A stretch of 64,000 bases of DNA from the human T2T-CHM13v2.0 reference genome, Homo sapiens. Position 1 is the stretch's first letter. Each line of letters starts with the position of its first letter. The stretch lies in assembly GCF_009914755.1 (NCBI RefSeq), contig NC_060928.1. One strand, 5' to 3'. The notes beneath the pieces are model-generated. The model was given only the letters and a program-made list of their open reading frames with translations, did no database searches and had not been told where the DNA came from. Positions 1 to 13,825 of this stretch are shown here, one piece after another. The translations under genes were made by a program, and so were the position numbers.

Positions 1-945
1 ATTAACTTCAAAGAGTGAATTCTTTCACTATATTCATGATCTCTTGCGATATTTTTAGATGATGACCACTTACTATACAATAAACTGTTGGTAAATTGCA
101 ATACAACTATGTAGACATTGAAGATCTTATAAAACAAGAGGGCAGTTTCATTAATGACAAATTTTCAAAACACGAATCAGATTATGCAGTTAATTTCCTC
201 CTCCTTAGCCTAGAACCTGCTGTTCACTTCATGTAGCCTTCAGATCATGGTCCATTCTGTCTCAGAAAGCCCCTCCTCACTTGCTGCTCAGCAAAGCCTT
301 CTCTGATAACCATAGCCCAATGTCCCTTAACAGAGTGGAGAGACACATAACCCCTGACTTGGTCATTCTCCTTGCCACACCTGGAAATCTGCTTTATTAC
401 AGCATTGGGAATGTAGTTGATTCCCAAACTAGGTACTCTTTGCTTTCCTTTTCCCCACATTACATTATTAGTTCTTGAATTGCAGAAAGGGTATCTCTAT
501 CTTAATTCAGCTTTGAATCTGCAGCATTCAGTCCATTGACCATGACTCAGCAGGCAAAGTGACAATTGTTGAATGAATGTTTGATGTACATAGGATGATA
601 GCTGTTCAGTGTGGCTTCCTCACTAATGTACAGACATCTCTGGATTTTTCCTGAGGGTAGACTTTTAAATGCATTTCTGGAATTTTCTTTCTCTGTTTTC
701 CCTAACTCGATTAATTTTTATTCCTAGGTAATTCAAATAAACTTGGCGATTTGTGATTTCTCAATTCATGGCAGATTAAAAGATAAATCAGAATATGGCA
801 TTCTTTAGAAGTGGAGCTTAAACATGAACGTTTACTTTTATTCCCTTTGAAGTTAGAGAGGGAGAGGGGATGTTGTCTGAAGAAGGAGCAATCTCCCCTG
901 TCTCAATAGCATGAGGTGGGCTCCCGAGTGATGCGATATCCCCAC

Positions 946-1030
946 AGGAGGAAACTGAAGGGAGACTGGTGAGCTGCTGGCCAGTGGCCACCAGGCTCAC
1001 AGAGCTGGAATTCAAACCCATGTATGGAGA
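946..1030 (-). mobile_element. MIR SINE core fragment
   Basis: gaggaaactgaag...gagctggaattcaaaccca resembles the reverse-strand MIR core; strongly diverged. Confidence 0.55.
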
Positions 1031-2068
1031 GCCAAACTCTGTGTGTGTTTGGCCCATTATGCTGTAAGTGAATAATAATGACAACATAGAGAATAGGGAA
1101 AGTTAGACAGATGTTTCCGAGACTAGAGAATTGTTTGTTGGCAGCATGTTTTATAAAATCCTGGGTTTCATAAAAAGTATTATGAGAGTTTGCTGAAGAA
1201 TTTTGCTGTTAAAGAAAGCTTTAGGTGTGTTTATTACATTTCTGAGCTTAAAATGATAAAAGTTCATTTGGACTATAATTTCTGAATCTTGATTGTGTTA
1301 CATGCCTCTAACATACACTTCATCCTTTCTGTGCATCTCAGGTTGGTCCCGGACAATCAGAAACCAAAGAAGAAAGCAAACAGTAGGGTTCTGCTCCTCA
1401 TTAAAGGTCTCACTTTTGGTTCCTTCGGAGAAGAATGTAGGAAAACTCCTAGCACAGAGGAAATTCTGATGTATTACTCACAGAGTTTAATCAGACCATA
1501 TCGCTGATATTTCATTTCAATTCTTGATATCAGGGGCGTTCCTTAAAATAGAAAATTTTAATTTCTAAGCTTTAGAATCAATAGATTGCTCTGCAATTTC
1601 TTTCACTTGGCATTTAATAACAGCACTAAGTAAATTTCCAACATATGACTGAACTCAACCCATACTGTTGACAAATTGAAAGTTTAATTTACCTGGCAGG
1701 TTAAAAAAAAGCCAACTTTTTAATTTAATTACAACACTGAAAGAACTCAGGAAGTTGAATTCAGATGTTTTAATCACTGCGATTTTTGAAGCCCTACACT
1801 AAGCCTTGTCGGGGGGATAAAGGGAGACAAATATTTAAACACAAGGGCCCTTTTATGAATACAAATATAGTTGTTCAAAGGATAGAAATGATAAAAGGAG
1901 GAATGTATAAGTTCTGTCTAGAAGATGCATTGAAGACTTTACTCTAAAGGGGATGTTTCAGTAAAGTTTTGACTATTAATAATATGCAGGAATTTGTGAG
2001 GTGTATACAGGTCTGGAGAGGGGGTTCAAACAGAGGCAACTGGAGGTGCAAAAGCAAATGGGCATGGA

Positions 2069-2188
2069 TTTATTAGCCTGATTTGATCATTCCATAATGT
2101 ATACAGGTATTGAACATTACATGGAACCCTATAAATATATACAACTATTATTTGCCAATTAAAAATAGAATCACGCTTAAAAAATACA
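2069..2188 (+). mobile_element. Short 5'-truncated L1M(A) 3' end with target-site duplication
   Basis: ttagcctgatttgatcattcc...ccctataaatatatacaactattatttgccaattaaaaat is an L1MA-type 3' terminus; flanked by caaatgggca(t/c)gga at 2055-2068 and 2189-2202. Confidence 0.7.
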
Positions 2189-2925
2189 CAAATGGGCACG
2201 GACCAGCATGATGTCTGAAGAAAGACGACAAAAGGAATTGAGCAGTGCTGCAGTTGAACATGAAATGGGTGAACAGGTTCAGCCTCTACATTTTGCAGTA
2301 GGGCTGCAAAACAAGAGATGAGACAAGGAAATGAATATTAATGTTATTGAATACTGAGGTGGGATCAACTCAGACACTAGAAAACACTCAAATACCTAAG
2401 ACTTATAGTTAAGCTTGGCTTACTCCAGTTCATTACTTTGGGATGATTTAACTAAATAAACCATTTAAAAATCTTAAAACATTTTTAATTAATTTCCAGA
2501 GGCATAGTGGATGCACTTATATATCCCCTATCCAAATATTAATCCCCACTCATTGTTAAGTCTTGAAATAAATACAGATACTTTAAATCCTGGATTGGTA
2601 AAGTTAACATTCATTCTTTGAAGAAAAAAAGCAAAAAAACTCAACACTGTTAAATCATACCTCTAATTAAAATTAGGAAGAGATTTAAATTAATATCCAG
2701 ATATAAGCCAACAGCTCAAAGAAATTAATACAAATGTCAGGAAATGGTTATATTTTCCAGCAAATACCATTAATATATTCTAAACACACCTGCTTCAGAC
2801 TGCAGTTGACCGTGCAGGACGTCACTCCTGTAATCACTTAGAAAGGGACTGACTGAGCAAAGACATTTCAATTCTGGAGACTTATTCTCAAAACTTGTAT
2901 TTGACGTTTTCAAAAATGAAGATAG

Positions 2926-3244
<319 letters not shown>

Positions 3245-5449
3245 AAGATGTCTTTTTAACAGCATTCAAGATATTCATCAACCTGGCAGAAATTCTGGGG
3301 ACAAGTTATGCTTTTTGCCATTAAGGCATGCCTCATTTGCAAACCTTGAGTCCACAGACTGCCCTGGATGGACAAATTGGGATTGTGTCCAAGAAGGCTG
3401 GAGGTTGGCCCTAGGATAAACCATACCTCCTCTTCCTATCTCTAAAGTTGAAATTGAATTGTCATGAACATTACTTCGCGTGGTGGCCGTGTGTGCACAA
3501 TGTATACGGAGCTCTGTCCTCTCATTTGATTCTTTCCCTGCTGCCCAGGAGAGGGCCCACCTCCATTGCCTTTCCCTCAGACTCTCACATGGGCTTGTTA
3601 GCTCATCTTCCCCTCTCCGGTGTGGCTCTACTCCAAGTCCTTCTTTATGCTGCTGAACTATTAACTTGAATGAGTATCTGAATAATCTTTTATGAACTTC
3701 CTGTTGGCTGTAGGATAAATGATCACATGCTTTAGCTCTGCATTCATAATGAGACCCAGCATCTTTTTCCAAAAATGGCCTTCTAGTCAAGCTGCTTCCA
3801 GCCTCCAGGCCATCCCAACTCTGTCCCTGCTCTGTCCCTTTGAGCATGCTGACTCTCTGCCTGATAGTTCACGTTGCTGTTTCTTGCTCAACTCAAGAAA
3901 CAAAACAAAAATGCTTCCATCGAGAAACTTCCCAAGATTCTCTGAAAGGTGGATAGCCTGACCCTTGCCTCCTGCATAAGTGGCCCTCTCTAAATTGACT
4001 GGGGACTCCTTGAGAAAGAACCTATGCTTTATTATTCTTGGTCACCAGAGTGAAGCCTAGAACCTGGCATGAAGTCCATGTTTGGTAAATGATGGCTGGA
4101 TTCCACTGGAATTATGGGCCAGGTGTCAACCACGCTGAGATACATGTGAGTGGCCTTTCCTGTTTCCTCCTGGCAATTCTGAGAGGCTTAACTGAGCTGA
4201 GCAAGAGGCAGAGTTCAGTTAATTTTGTTCCATGATCTGCAGGCATGTGATAGGGGATGGAAGATCACAGTCATTCAAAGAAGGACTCGCAGCATGAAGC
4301 TTAAAGCCATGCATATGGGCTGCATCATAGGCTGATCCCACAGGCCCTGGGGATTTTCTCCTCTCAAGCTGTGAGTCTCTGTGGCAACCACATTTCCCAA
4401 AGCTTCTTTCAGGGGAAAGAGACTATTTTAGGTAATGAAGACTTTGGTCACATTTCAAACATACCATTCTTAGGGAAAACAAAAATTGGAGTCTTTCTTC
4501 CTAAAAACTTTCCCATTCTCTTTACTCCTCTTTATACTTAATCCAGTACCTCTGTGCTGAAGGAGGCTGCTGGAGCCAGGAAAGGACTCTCTCTAACACC
4601 TGGAAATGCTCCAAAATGCCTATGGTGGGTGAAGTGTAGAGCAAACCCCCTCACTTCACTCCCAAAGCCTGTCTCATTTTGGCATTAGGCTACATAACCA
4701 CCCTTTTCTCTCCCTGCTAAGTCAAAATGTAGCACTTACCGCTCTGCAAATTTGTTACGCAAATATTCTTTTTAGTGCGTTTGATTAATAATGGTAGCAC
4801 ACTAAAGTGGAGAATACAAAACACTAAAATGCATATATAAATGTATATACATATGTATATACAACATATATATGGAGAGTGAGAGAGAAAGGGGAGAGAG
4901 AAAGGCAGAGAAGAAAAAAATTGTCTTGAAACCTTTTGAAGGCTGTAAGGCAGGTGCTGTTTACCAGATTGTACAAGGGGGGAAACTGAGGCTCAAAGGA
5001 TAAGTTCATTTCTCATGAGTAGTGAATGAACAGGCTGGATTTGAACTCTAGTTTGCAGTACTCTTAGTACTTTCTGTAAATGGCCCTGCCATGCATCTTC
5101 TCCAGAAAGCACAACTAATTATACATGTAAGGCAAAGTCCAGAAAAAAGAATTTGTGGTAAAGAAGCAACGCAAGTTTCAGTGAGAAGTTGTTTTCTCTG
5201 CCATTTCTATTCATCATGCTTTCAGCTTTTCTTGGGTTATTTCTGCTTAGTGAAACATCAATATCTTTATGCTTCACTATTTTATTAACTATATTAAACA
5301 GGGGAATTGCACTCACAAAATGTACTTTAAAAAATACAAATGTTCTGCAAACAGAGGCATTGTTAGAATTGTTATCATTGTTATGAACGTTTATCTTGCT
5401 GTAGTTTGTTGGTTTGTTTTTTCATCTAATCTTTTTTATTGTACATATA

Positions 5450-5960
5450 TTGGGTGGAGCCTACTAATTGCTTCCTCAATATCCATTTTCCCTTTCTTCT
5501 TAATGGATGAGGCTTCTTGTGTTTGCTCATTGGCAATGTTCTCATCTAAAAACTACATTTCTCATCTTCCCTTGTGGTTAAAGATGGCCATGTGACACAC
5601 TTTGGGATAACTTTGTGTAAGCAGAAATCATTAGGCAAACTCTTACAAAAGACCCTTAAAAAGTGGACTTGGCTGGTCAATATCTTTTAACCACTTTCCT
5701 TTCCATATTTGCTTTTCTAGAATGCAGAAATAGAGGTTGAGATTGTTGGGATTTGAGTATCCTGTGACTATACAGACAGTGCCTACCAACATAGACACAA
5801 GGACTTTGTTCTTAACATCCTCAAGCCAATGAACCATAGCCAACAAAACACCTACTCAGTAACTTCTTATGTGAGAGAATAAAAATAAACATCTAACTTG
5901 ATTAAGCTTCCATTATATAAATTTTCTGTTGTGTGTTGCTAAACTCAACCCCTCAGTGAA
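5450..5960 (+). mobile_element. Old MaLR LTR (MLT1J/K-like)
   Basis: cccttgtggttaaagatggccatgtgac motif and 3' cttcttatgtgagagaataaa...ttaagc typical of old MLT1. Confidence 0.5.
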
Positions 5961-6619
5961 ATAGCCATCCAAAAGAAGCAATATATATTGTAAAAGTCCC
6001 AGACTAGAAATCTGAGATCCCTTCATTGGTCTTCCAGCCACAGTTCTTTTCTTTACGCCTAGCTAGTCTCCACATTTTAGCCAGATCGGTCTTTCTACTG
6101 CCTTATACTAAATATTACAACAAATTTTCATTGTTTAAGGACAAATTCTGAAACACTTGTAATTAGAAGTCACTTCTAGATCTGGCCCCTGCCTACCTCC
6201 CCATCCTCATAACTCATTTCATTGCCACTCTCTCTCCCCTGCAGCCACAGTGATCTTATTTCCCCAGTGCACTGCATGGTTATTTGGTTTTCCATTCTGA
6301 TTGCTATTCCTTTTGCTCAGAGCATTCTCTCCATCATGACCTTCTCTTTAAATATCAAAATAAATGGAACTCTGTTCACAAATACCTTTTATGTCACTGT
6401 GGCTATCCCCTTTAGAAAAATTGCATTTACTTTCTCAATGTCTTGCTCACTGGACTGTTGACTGTTCCCAGTGTCTTGCCTACTAGACAGGTGATGATGA
6501 CAGAAGGGACCCTGAGGTGTCTTGTTTATAGTAATATCCCTAAAACTTATTCTAGTGCTAGGCATAAGGAAAACACTCAACTTATTATATGAGTGTAAAC
6601 TTCAGAAAGTCATCTCTCT

Positions 6620-7110
6620 TGTCTCAGAGTTTTGCTTCTGGGAGAAACCTAAATTAAGGCTTCAAATGCAAATTTATTTAGAAGGTGATCCCAGGAAAAA
6701 CTAGAGGAGTGAGAAAGTAAGGGACAGAAAAAATAAGAAGCTAATAAGGAAGATATTATTATATCAAGCAATGTTTGATCATGCACATTTTGGCACTGCG
6801 GACAGCTTATTCCACTGAGGAATTTTAAGAAACAGTGGAGAACAAATCTGAGTTATATTGCCAAGGGGCGAGGGAGCTCTGGGGCATTAAGCAATCAGCT
6901 CCAACCAGGCATTGATTAAAGGCTGTTGGGTAGTGGTGGTAATAACACTCCAGCACTGCTGGCCTGCCTGGCAAGCAGGTAGGCAAAACTTGTCTTCTAA
7001 AGAAAACCAAACTTTCTAGGGAGACAGCCTGGATTCTGGCAACTGGCAACGAGGGAGTATGAATGGATGGTAAATGCTGAGGGGATACAAATGAACACCC
7101 ACAGAGCCCC
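6620..7110 (-). mobile_element. ERVL-class LTR relic (LTR33/LTR16-like)
   Basis: aatgcaaatttatttagaaggtgatcccaggaaaaac...gagaaagtaagggacag resembles reverse-strand ERVL LTR 3' ends. Confidence 0.5.
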
Positions 7111-8736
7111 TCACATCACTACACTTATCTCAGCCAATACTCCTCATCATAAAATGGATTTGGCAGCCACCTGGAATATTTCTGCAGATTGAACTATTGA
7201 ATCTATTTGAAACATGAATCTTCTGATCAATCTTTAATAGAATAATGTTGTTCCACACAGGCTTATTTCCTTGGAAAATGGAGAGTCATTTCTTTTTATG
7301 GTAAACTTAAGTTGAAACATCATTTTTATTATATATTATATCGGTCTCTGTCAAGTCACCTAGACCTAAGACTTGATGGGGATTTTAAGATAGGCATCGC
7401 TTTGTTTACTAGTTTGTAGTTGTAACAAATAGGAAAAAATCTAGCACAGGCTGGTTTGCTGAGCGGTGATGGGTGCCATGGACAGAGGCAAGGCTTCTGC
7501 CTGGAATAGATCAAACTCTCTTCACCTGGCCTAACCATAAACTTGGGTGAACCTGGATACAGGTAAATGACCTTTTCTCATCTATAAAATAGGAATGGTA
7601 ACTTATATAATGCATATTTATTATGAATATTTGTGACATATATATATACATATTCTATACATAGAATAGAAATTTGGCATCACATTATATGGGTTTTTAT
7701 TCCAGCCTCACCACATTGGGAGCACCTCTTAATCTAAGTTTCAGTTTCCTCATTTGCTTAATGAGTGTTATAATGGTATGCTTCTTATTTTGTTTTAAGA
7801 ATTAATAAAGTACATTTTAAAAGTTCCTGGCATTCAGAATGTGCTCAATACAGGCTAGTTACAATTATTTTATTGGCATTAATATTAATAATAATGGCAT
7901 TATTTTCAAGCAATTATTGCTGTGTAGTTTTTACCAGCCTTGCAACTTTGTACTTGTGATGTTTATAAAAAGTGAACATATCTTTTGATGGTAAGCTTTG
8001 ACTAACATTTTTTGCATCAAACTCTGTGTGCAGATCATCATTCAAGTATTTGGAATTTTTTATCATGTGGGAATTTTTAATTTAGAAGGGAGCCCAGGGC
8101 TTCAAATGATCCATGCAGAGAGAATGGGTGATAATTTGGTATTCAACCTTAAAGAAAACTTTCATTCATCTCAGATCTTTGCCCCTTGTCTCTCGTCACT
8201 ATCTTGCTGATGGCTGCTTCTAAATGAAGCATTGCCATAAATTGTAATGGGTAACCAGGAGTCATTAGTCCTCTGTTGAGGGTCAAGTCACTAAATGGTA
8301 AAATTGGTAATAATCTTTTCTCTCTTTACCCAAATCACTACTCCAACTCCAATAAGTGTTGGTCTAGCACATTTGCACGTCACCCTGAAACACCTCTAGG
8401 GTGCTTTAGCCTTAAGGTGCAGAGCTGATACATTAACAAGAATGTCTTTTGCATTGAGGCTATCAGAAGATTCCCTTCAACCATGACTTTAATTGCCAAT
8501 TACAGATGGAAGTCAAATTTGCAGGGAGCAGAACGTTCATGCATAAGGAGGGATGAAAGTTCAATGCTTTTTCTGTGAGAGGCACAGTGTTACTTTTAAA
8601 GATCAAACTCAGCTCAGATTTGTCACGGCATTTTAGAACTTGAAGGTATCCAAGGGGCCTTCTGGTTATAATTGCCTTCTTTTACAGATGAAATCAGGCT
8701 CAGAGAGGTTAATTACTTGCTCAAGGTCAGCTATGG

Positions 8737-8890
8737 CAATGCTTCTCAAACTTTGATGAGAATAGGAATCCACCTGAGTGGATCTTGTAACAATGCAGTA
8801 GGTCTTGGGTGGGATCTGAGATTCTGCATTTCCACAAGCTCAAAGGGAATGCAGCTGCAGCTGCTTCATGGGTGACTTTAAGTAGCAAGG
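8737..8890. mobile_element. MER5-family hAT-Charlie MITE
   Basis: caatgcttctcaaacttt...gtaggtcttgggtgggatctgagattctgcatttc...agtagcaagg matches MER5A/B. Confidence 0.7.
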
Positions 8891-9151
8891 GAATTCTACG
8901 ACAGCTAAATGAAAATGCAGACATTTTTGACACCTCACTTATTATTTTATTTTACCTACTGAATTTTACCTTGTTGCTGAAAATGGAATGTCCAAAATCA
9001 CCAAGGCTTAGAGTAATGACTGTCATTAGTCACCTGGGGAGGAGTGGTATACTTTTTAATTAATCAGATTAAACATTTATAAAACATTTAAGCAAATTGT
9101 CAACAAATCTATTGGTTAATCCATTTGAATGCCATCAACATGCCTAAGTAT

Positions 9152-9335
9152 TGTGTGGTGGATGCTATGATGTGTCACACAGAACTTCTTTTAGGATGAC
9201 AGGATGGAGTCTCCAGCTGTGAAAGTGTTGCTGCAGACAGCCCTCAGCTTCCAGTTCTTGTAAAAATGGCCTCAGCTTCAGAGAGCTCCATTACCCAAGC
9301 TCATGCATTTCCTGGGGTGTTCTGCATCCAGTGAG
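9152..9335 (+). mobile_element. LTR16-like ERVL LTR fragment
   Basis: tgtggtggatgctatgatgtg...ccagctgtgaaagtgttgctgcagacagccctcagct resembles the LTR16 5' end. Confidence 0.55.
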
Positions 9336-9400
9336 TGTTCTGTGGACTTGCCAGGTAATCATTCTTCCTGCTCCCCAATTATGTCATTGGAATAAACATT

Positions 9401-9785
9401 TGTTACAGGATTGCGTTCCCTCAAATTTATATGTTGAAGTCCTAACCCCCTAGGACCCAAGAATATGACCTTATTTGGAGATAGCCTTTTTAAAGAGGTA
9501 ATTAGGGTAAAATGAGGTCATATAGATGGGTCCAAATCCAATATGATTGATGTCTCTATAAGAAGAGGAGATTAGGTTACAGACACACACAGAGGGAAGG
9601 CCATGCTAAGATGCAGGGAGAAGATGGCCATCCGTAAGTCAAGGAGAGGGTCCTTGGGAGAAACCAACCCTGTCAACACCTTGATTTTGTACTTCTGGCC
9701 TCCAGTATTGTGAGAAAACAAATTTCTGTCATTTAATCCCCTCAGTCTGTAGTACTTTGTCATGGAAGCCCTGGAGAATGTTTTA
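9401..9785 (+). mobile_element. MLT1B-like MaLR solo LTR
   Basis: atatgttgaagtcctaacccc...gaccttatttggagatag...acaccttgattttgtacttctggcctccag...gtactttgtcatggaagccct. Confidence 0.85.
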
Positions 9786-9849
9786 CAACATCCTTGGTGG
9801 TTGTCACAACTCTGCAGATTCCTTGGCTTAATAGGTAAGAGCTTTTGTA

Positions 9850-10490
9850 ATAAGGAAGGCCAAGCAAAAGTCTCTGAAACCGGATGTCCCTTGGCCAAAG
9901 GAGTAAATCTAAATAATATTGAATACCGAGGGAAGTGGCAGAAATTAATATCACTCTTAAAGATTTAAAGTATGTGAGGATAGTGGTCTCCATTATTTTG
10001 TAATTTAATGTCTCAGTCTAGATCCTACAAAACCCACACGGATTCTGATGGACAATAAAAAACTCTTGCCAATTCATCCAAGGAGTGGCCCTGATTACAG
10101 ATGCTAGACCGTGTGTGGGATGTTACTAGAGCAGGTTAACATGTTTCCAGGTACATTGCATGTGCACATCAATCTAGCAAGCCATTCTTTTAGATCCCTA
10201 CTAGAAACAGGATAAAAGTTTGCATTGCTCTGGAATGAACAATAGCCCAACTCTGAACTGTCCTGCTTAGGGCTATATTAACTTGCCCCTGCTTTAATAC
10301 ATAGTCCTGATCTGAAGATTCTAGGAACAGCTGGACATTCTGCAGAACAGACGCCAGTCCGTGATGTTCATGATATTATCCTAGTCAGATAGAATGAGCA
10401 AGACGTGGCTAGTTCATTGGAAACTTTCATAAGACACATGCACACCAGAGGGCAGGAGATAACCCCTTCAAAGTTCCATACCTACAGGTC
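9850..10490 (+). pseudogene. Decayed ERVL (ERV3-16A3-int-like) pol reverse-transcriptase region
   Basis: Fragmentary translations LKDLK, LLEQVN, INLA, GYIN, HDII and GQEINPSK occur in the order of ERVL RT motifs (KDLKD, LLEQIN, IDLANAFF, QGYINS, YIDDI, GWEINPTK); many frameshifts. Confidence 0.75.
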
Positions 10491-11194
10491 TTCAGATATT
10501 TATTTTCTGCCAGGACAGGGATAAAAGAGGCTGAAACATGTTTACATCTAGATTCTTTAGCCTCAAAGAAATTTTCCCATTGTAGATTTAAAAAACAGCT
10601 TAGGGATTTAAAAAATGATATTTTATGTTAGTGTCTGTCTTCCCATGGGCTTTAAACTATATGAGAATCTGACTGGCTATACTAAGTTAAACACTTACAT
10701 TTTCTCCCTGTTACTGGGGAAAATGTTTGTTTTTGATGATGAAATGAAGCAATATATATGAGATACTTAGTACCTGTTATGTAATAAGCTCAACAGATCT
10801 TAGCATGTCAATTTGTTGTTAGCTATTGGTGTTCAATAAATTTTTATTGAATGTCTACCATGTTCCAAGCTTGATTAAAGAAAGCCATCTTATAATATCA
10901 GAGTTCAAAGAACACTTAAGTTTAATAGAGCTGTTTCAAGGATAAAATGAGTTAAGGTAGGTTAAATATTTAGAACAGTTTCTGGTACATATTTACTTCT
11001 CAAAAAAGTTAAATATTTTTAAGGTTAATTTTCTTTTTCTACAGGTAAACAAAGTAGGCTTATATATTGGGGCTTGATCTTCTAGAAAATAAGGAATCCT
11101 TGTAAGTTCTAGACTATCAGAGAAAATTTTAGGAAAATTAACCTGGCAGAGAACAGTGGAAAAGCATTAGGTCACAAAAAGGCTACAGCTAGAC

Positions 11195-11761
11195 CAGCAT
11201 CTCTCAGCCTTGGCACTGCTGCCATTTGGGCCACATAGGCTTTGTTGTGGTATATTAATCCAATTTCACGCTGCTGATAAAGACATACCCAAGTCTGGGC
11301 AATTTACAAAATAAAGAGGTTTAATGGACTCACAGTTCCACGTGGCTGAGGATGCCTCACAATCATGGTGGAAGGTGAAAGGCACGTCTCACATGGCAAC
11401 AGACGAGAGAAGAGAACTTGTGTAGGGAAACTCCCCTTTATAAAACCATCAGATCTCATGAGACTTATTCACTATCAGGAGAATGCTACAGAAAAGATCC
11501 TCCCCATGAATCAATTACCTCCCAACAGGTCCCTCCCACAACATGTGGGAACTGTGGGAGCTACAGTTCAAGATGAGATTTGGGTGGGGACACAGCAAAA
11601 CCATATCATGTGGGTAGCTGCCATTTGCACTGTAAGATATTTAGCAGCACCTACATCCCCAGTAGAAGCTCCGCAGTTGTGACAACCAAATTGTCTCCAG
11701 ACATTGCCAAATATTCTTGGGGTGGGGTGGGGGTAAAGATGAATGTGGCTGAGAACTGCTG
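11195..11761. mobile_element. MER20 DNA transposon split by a THE1 LTR
   Basis: cagcatctctcagccttggcact...tttgttgtgg | tgtggg...ttgtgacaacca...gtctccagacattgccaaat...gagaactgctg. Confidence 0.8.
11251..11608 (-). mobile_element. THE1B-like solo LTR
   Basis: Full THE1 LTR ending gatttgggtggggacacagcaaaaccatatca; 5-bp TSD TGTGG at 11246-11250 and 11609-11613. Confidence 0.92.
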
Positions 11762-11789
11762 GACTAGATAGAAGGAGGGATCTGCTTGA

Positions 11790-12153
<364 letters not shown>

Positions 12154-13825
12154 TGATTCATTAATTAGGAGTCAAGGAAAAGAAAGAATTGAAGATGATT
12201 CCAAGTTTTGTGTTTGTTTCCTGAATACTTGTGAGTAACAATAATAATGTGTATAGAAAGAGGGAAGCTGACTTTTGGTAGAAATATGTGAGTTTTGGTT
12301 TTTTATGTTCTAGTGGAAAAGAGATGGGGGCTAATCAAGATTGCTTATTTTTGTGCAGATAATTTTGCATATGTTGTTAGTGCACTTAATAACCTGACTA
12401 CCTGAGAGCAAGTCATCATTTTCCTTTTTCTGCATGTAATATGAGATTCCAAGACCAAATGACCTTTCTAAAGCCACAGAGATTTTAGGTGATACAGCAG
12501 AGGGTGCACCTATATTTCCTGATTCCAAACTCCATGTTGTGTCTATTGTCCTCCACTGCCTTCTTAGGGGTACAAAAGTGAGTTCTGGGAGGAGATGTGG
12601 TTTGTCCCAGCATAAAGGAAGAGAGAGGCTCATTTTTTCCCAGATGGTGAGTGTGTCAGAATCACATTGCCTTAAATGTGTCTAGAGTTAGCATCTGCAT
12701 GACTGCACCCCCAACAAGGCTCTCACTTGCATCCGGCCTTTTCCAGCAAGCAGACAACTCCAGCATGCAGTTGGAATTTGACACCCAATGCACATACTGA
12801 CACCACCAGTGAATCACATGCCTGTGTTTTCTCGGCTTTAAACAGAAGGCGGATTTTGACAGCGGGGTGCCAACTCACCTCTAAGGAGCTATTACTAATA
12901 TGCTTTCTTTCAAAGCTGCTTTCTTTATGGCCATGTTAAAATTCCTTTTCTAGTATCATGGAGCATGTGAATCTGGCAGGGGGCAGCAGGCCAGAGATGG
13001 ATATGAGGTCAGTGAGCAAAGCAATGTGGGCACCCTAGCTGCTAGAGTGAGGTAATTTTTCTTGAGAATTGTGCTGTGCGTGTTGGCTTCCAAAATGCCT
13101 AGCTTTGGTTTGCTGGTTTAGCGTAAAAATTAAAGGTAACAGTTAATCCAAAAACAACCTTTCTGCAGAAGGTGACTCAAAAGCCAACAGATATATACTG
13201 AAATAAACCAAAGATGTCTCAAAGGATTCACAATACATTGTTGACAGCAGTTGCCTCTGGAAAGAATCAGGAGTGAACACGTTCACAACAACTTACTTTT
13301 CACTGTATATGTTTATTGATTATTGGAATTCTTCGTCATGTGAATGCATTATTTGAAAAAGAAGCACATAGTGGTAGAAACTGCTAGAGTGGCAACTTTT
13401 GGGCTGTGAGTAGTGAGCAGAAGGAGACATATGGGGATTTCTAAAGACAATGAGAATGTTCCGCTTCTGGAGCTGGATAGTAACTTTGTGAACATTCATT
13501 GAGCTGTCCACTAAGGGTACGTGCCCTTCTTCGGAAGCACATTTTCATAAAACATTCAAAACAAAATTTGTTTAAAAGTTAAGCAAAAAAGCCCATTCCA
13601 GCAAATTTGGTAGACTGAGTGATTTATCCATTTATATATTTATTTAGTATTTTTAAAATTATCCTTTTTAAAACAAAGGTTTTTTTTAAACTTAAGATTA
13701 TCTTTGTGTTTGCTTTGTGACACAAGCTGAGAATACAAAGGTGAGTAAGGAAAGCTCTTTATCTTTGAGAAGACCTGGCTTTGTGATGGGGAGAGAAGTT
13801 CTATTACAATGAAGCAAGGAGATAT

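Noticed and set aside
3278-3847. 189-aa minus-strand ORF
   Set aside because: No recognisable homology or exon structure; this length is attainable by chance in 64 kb
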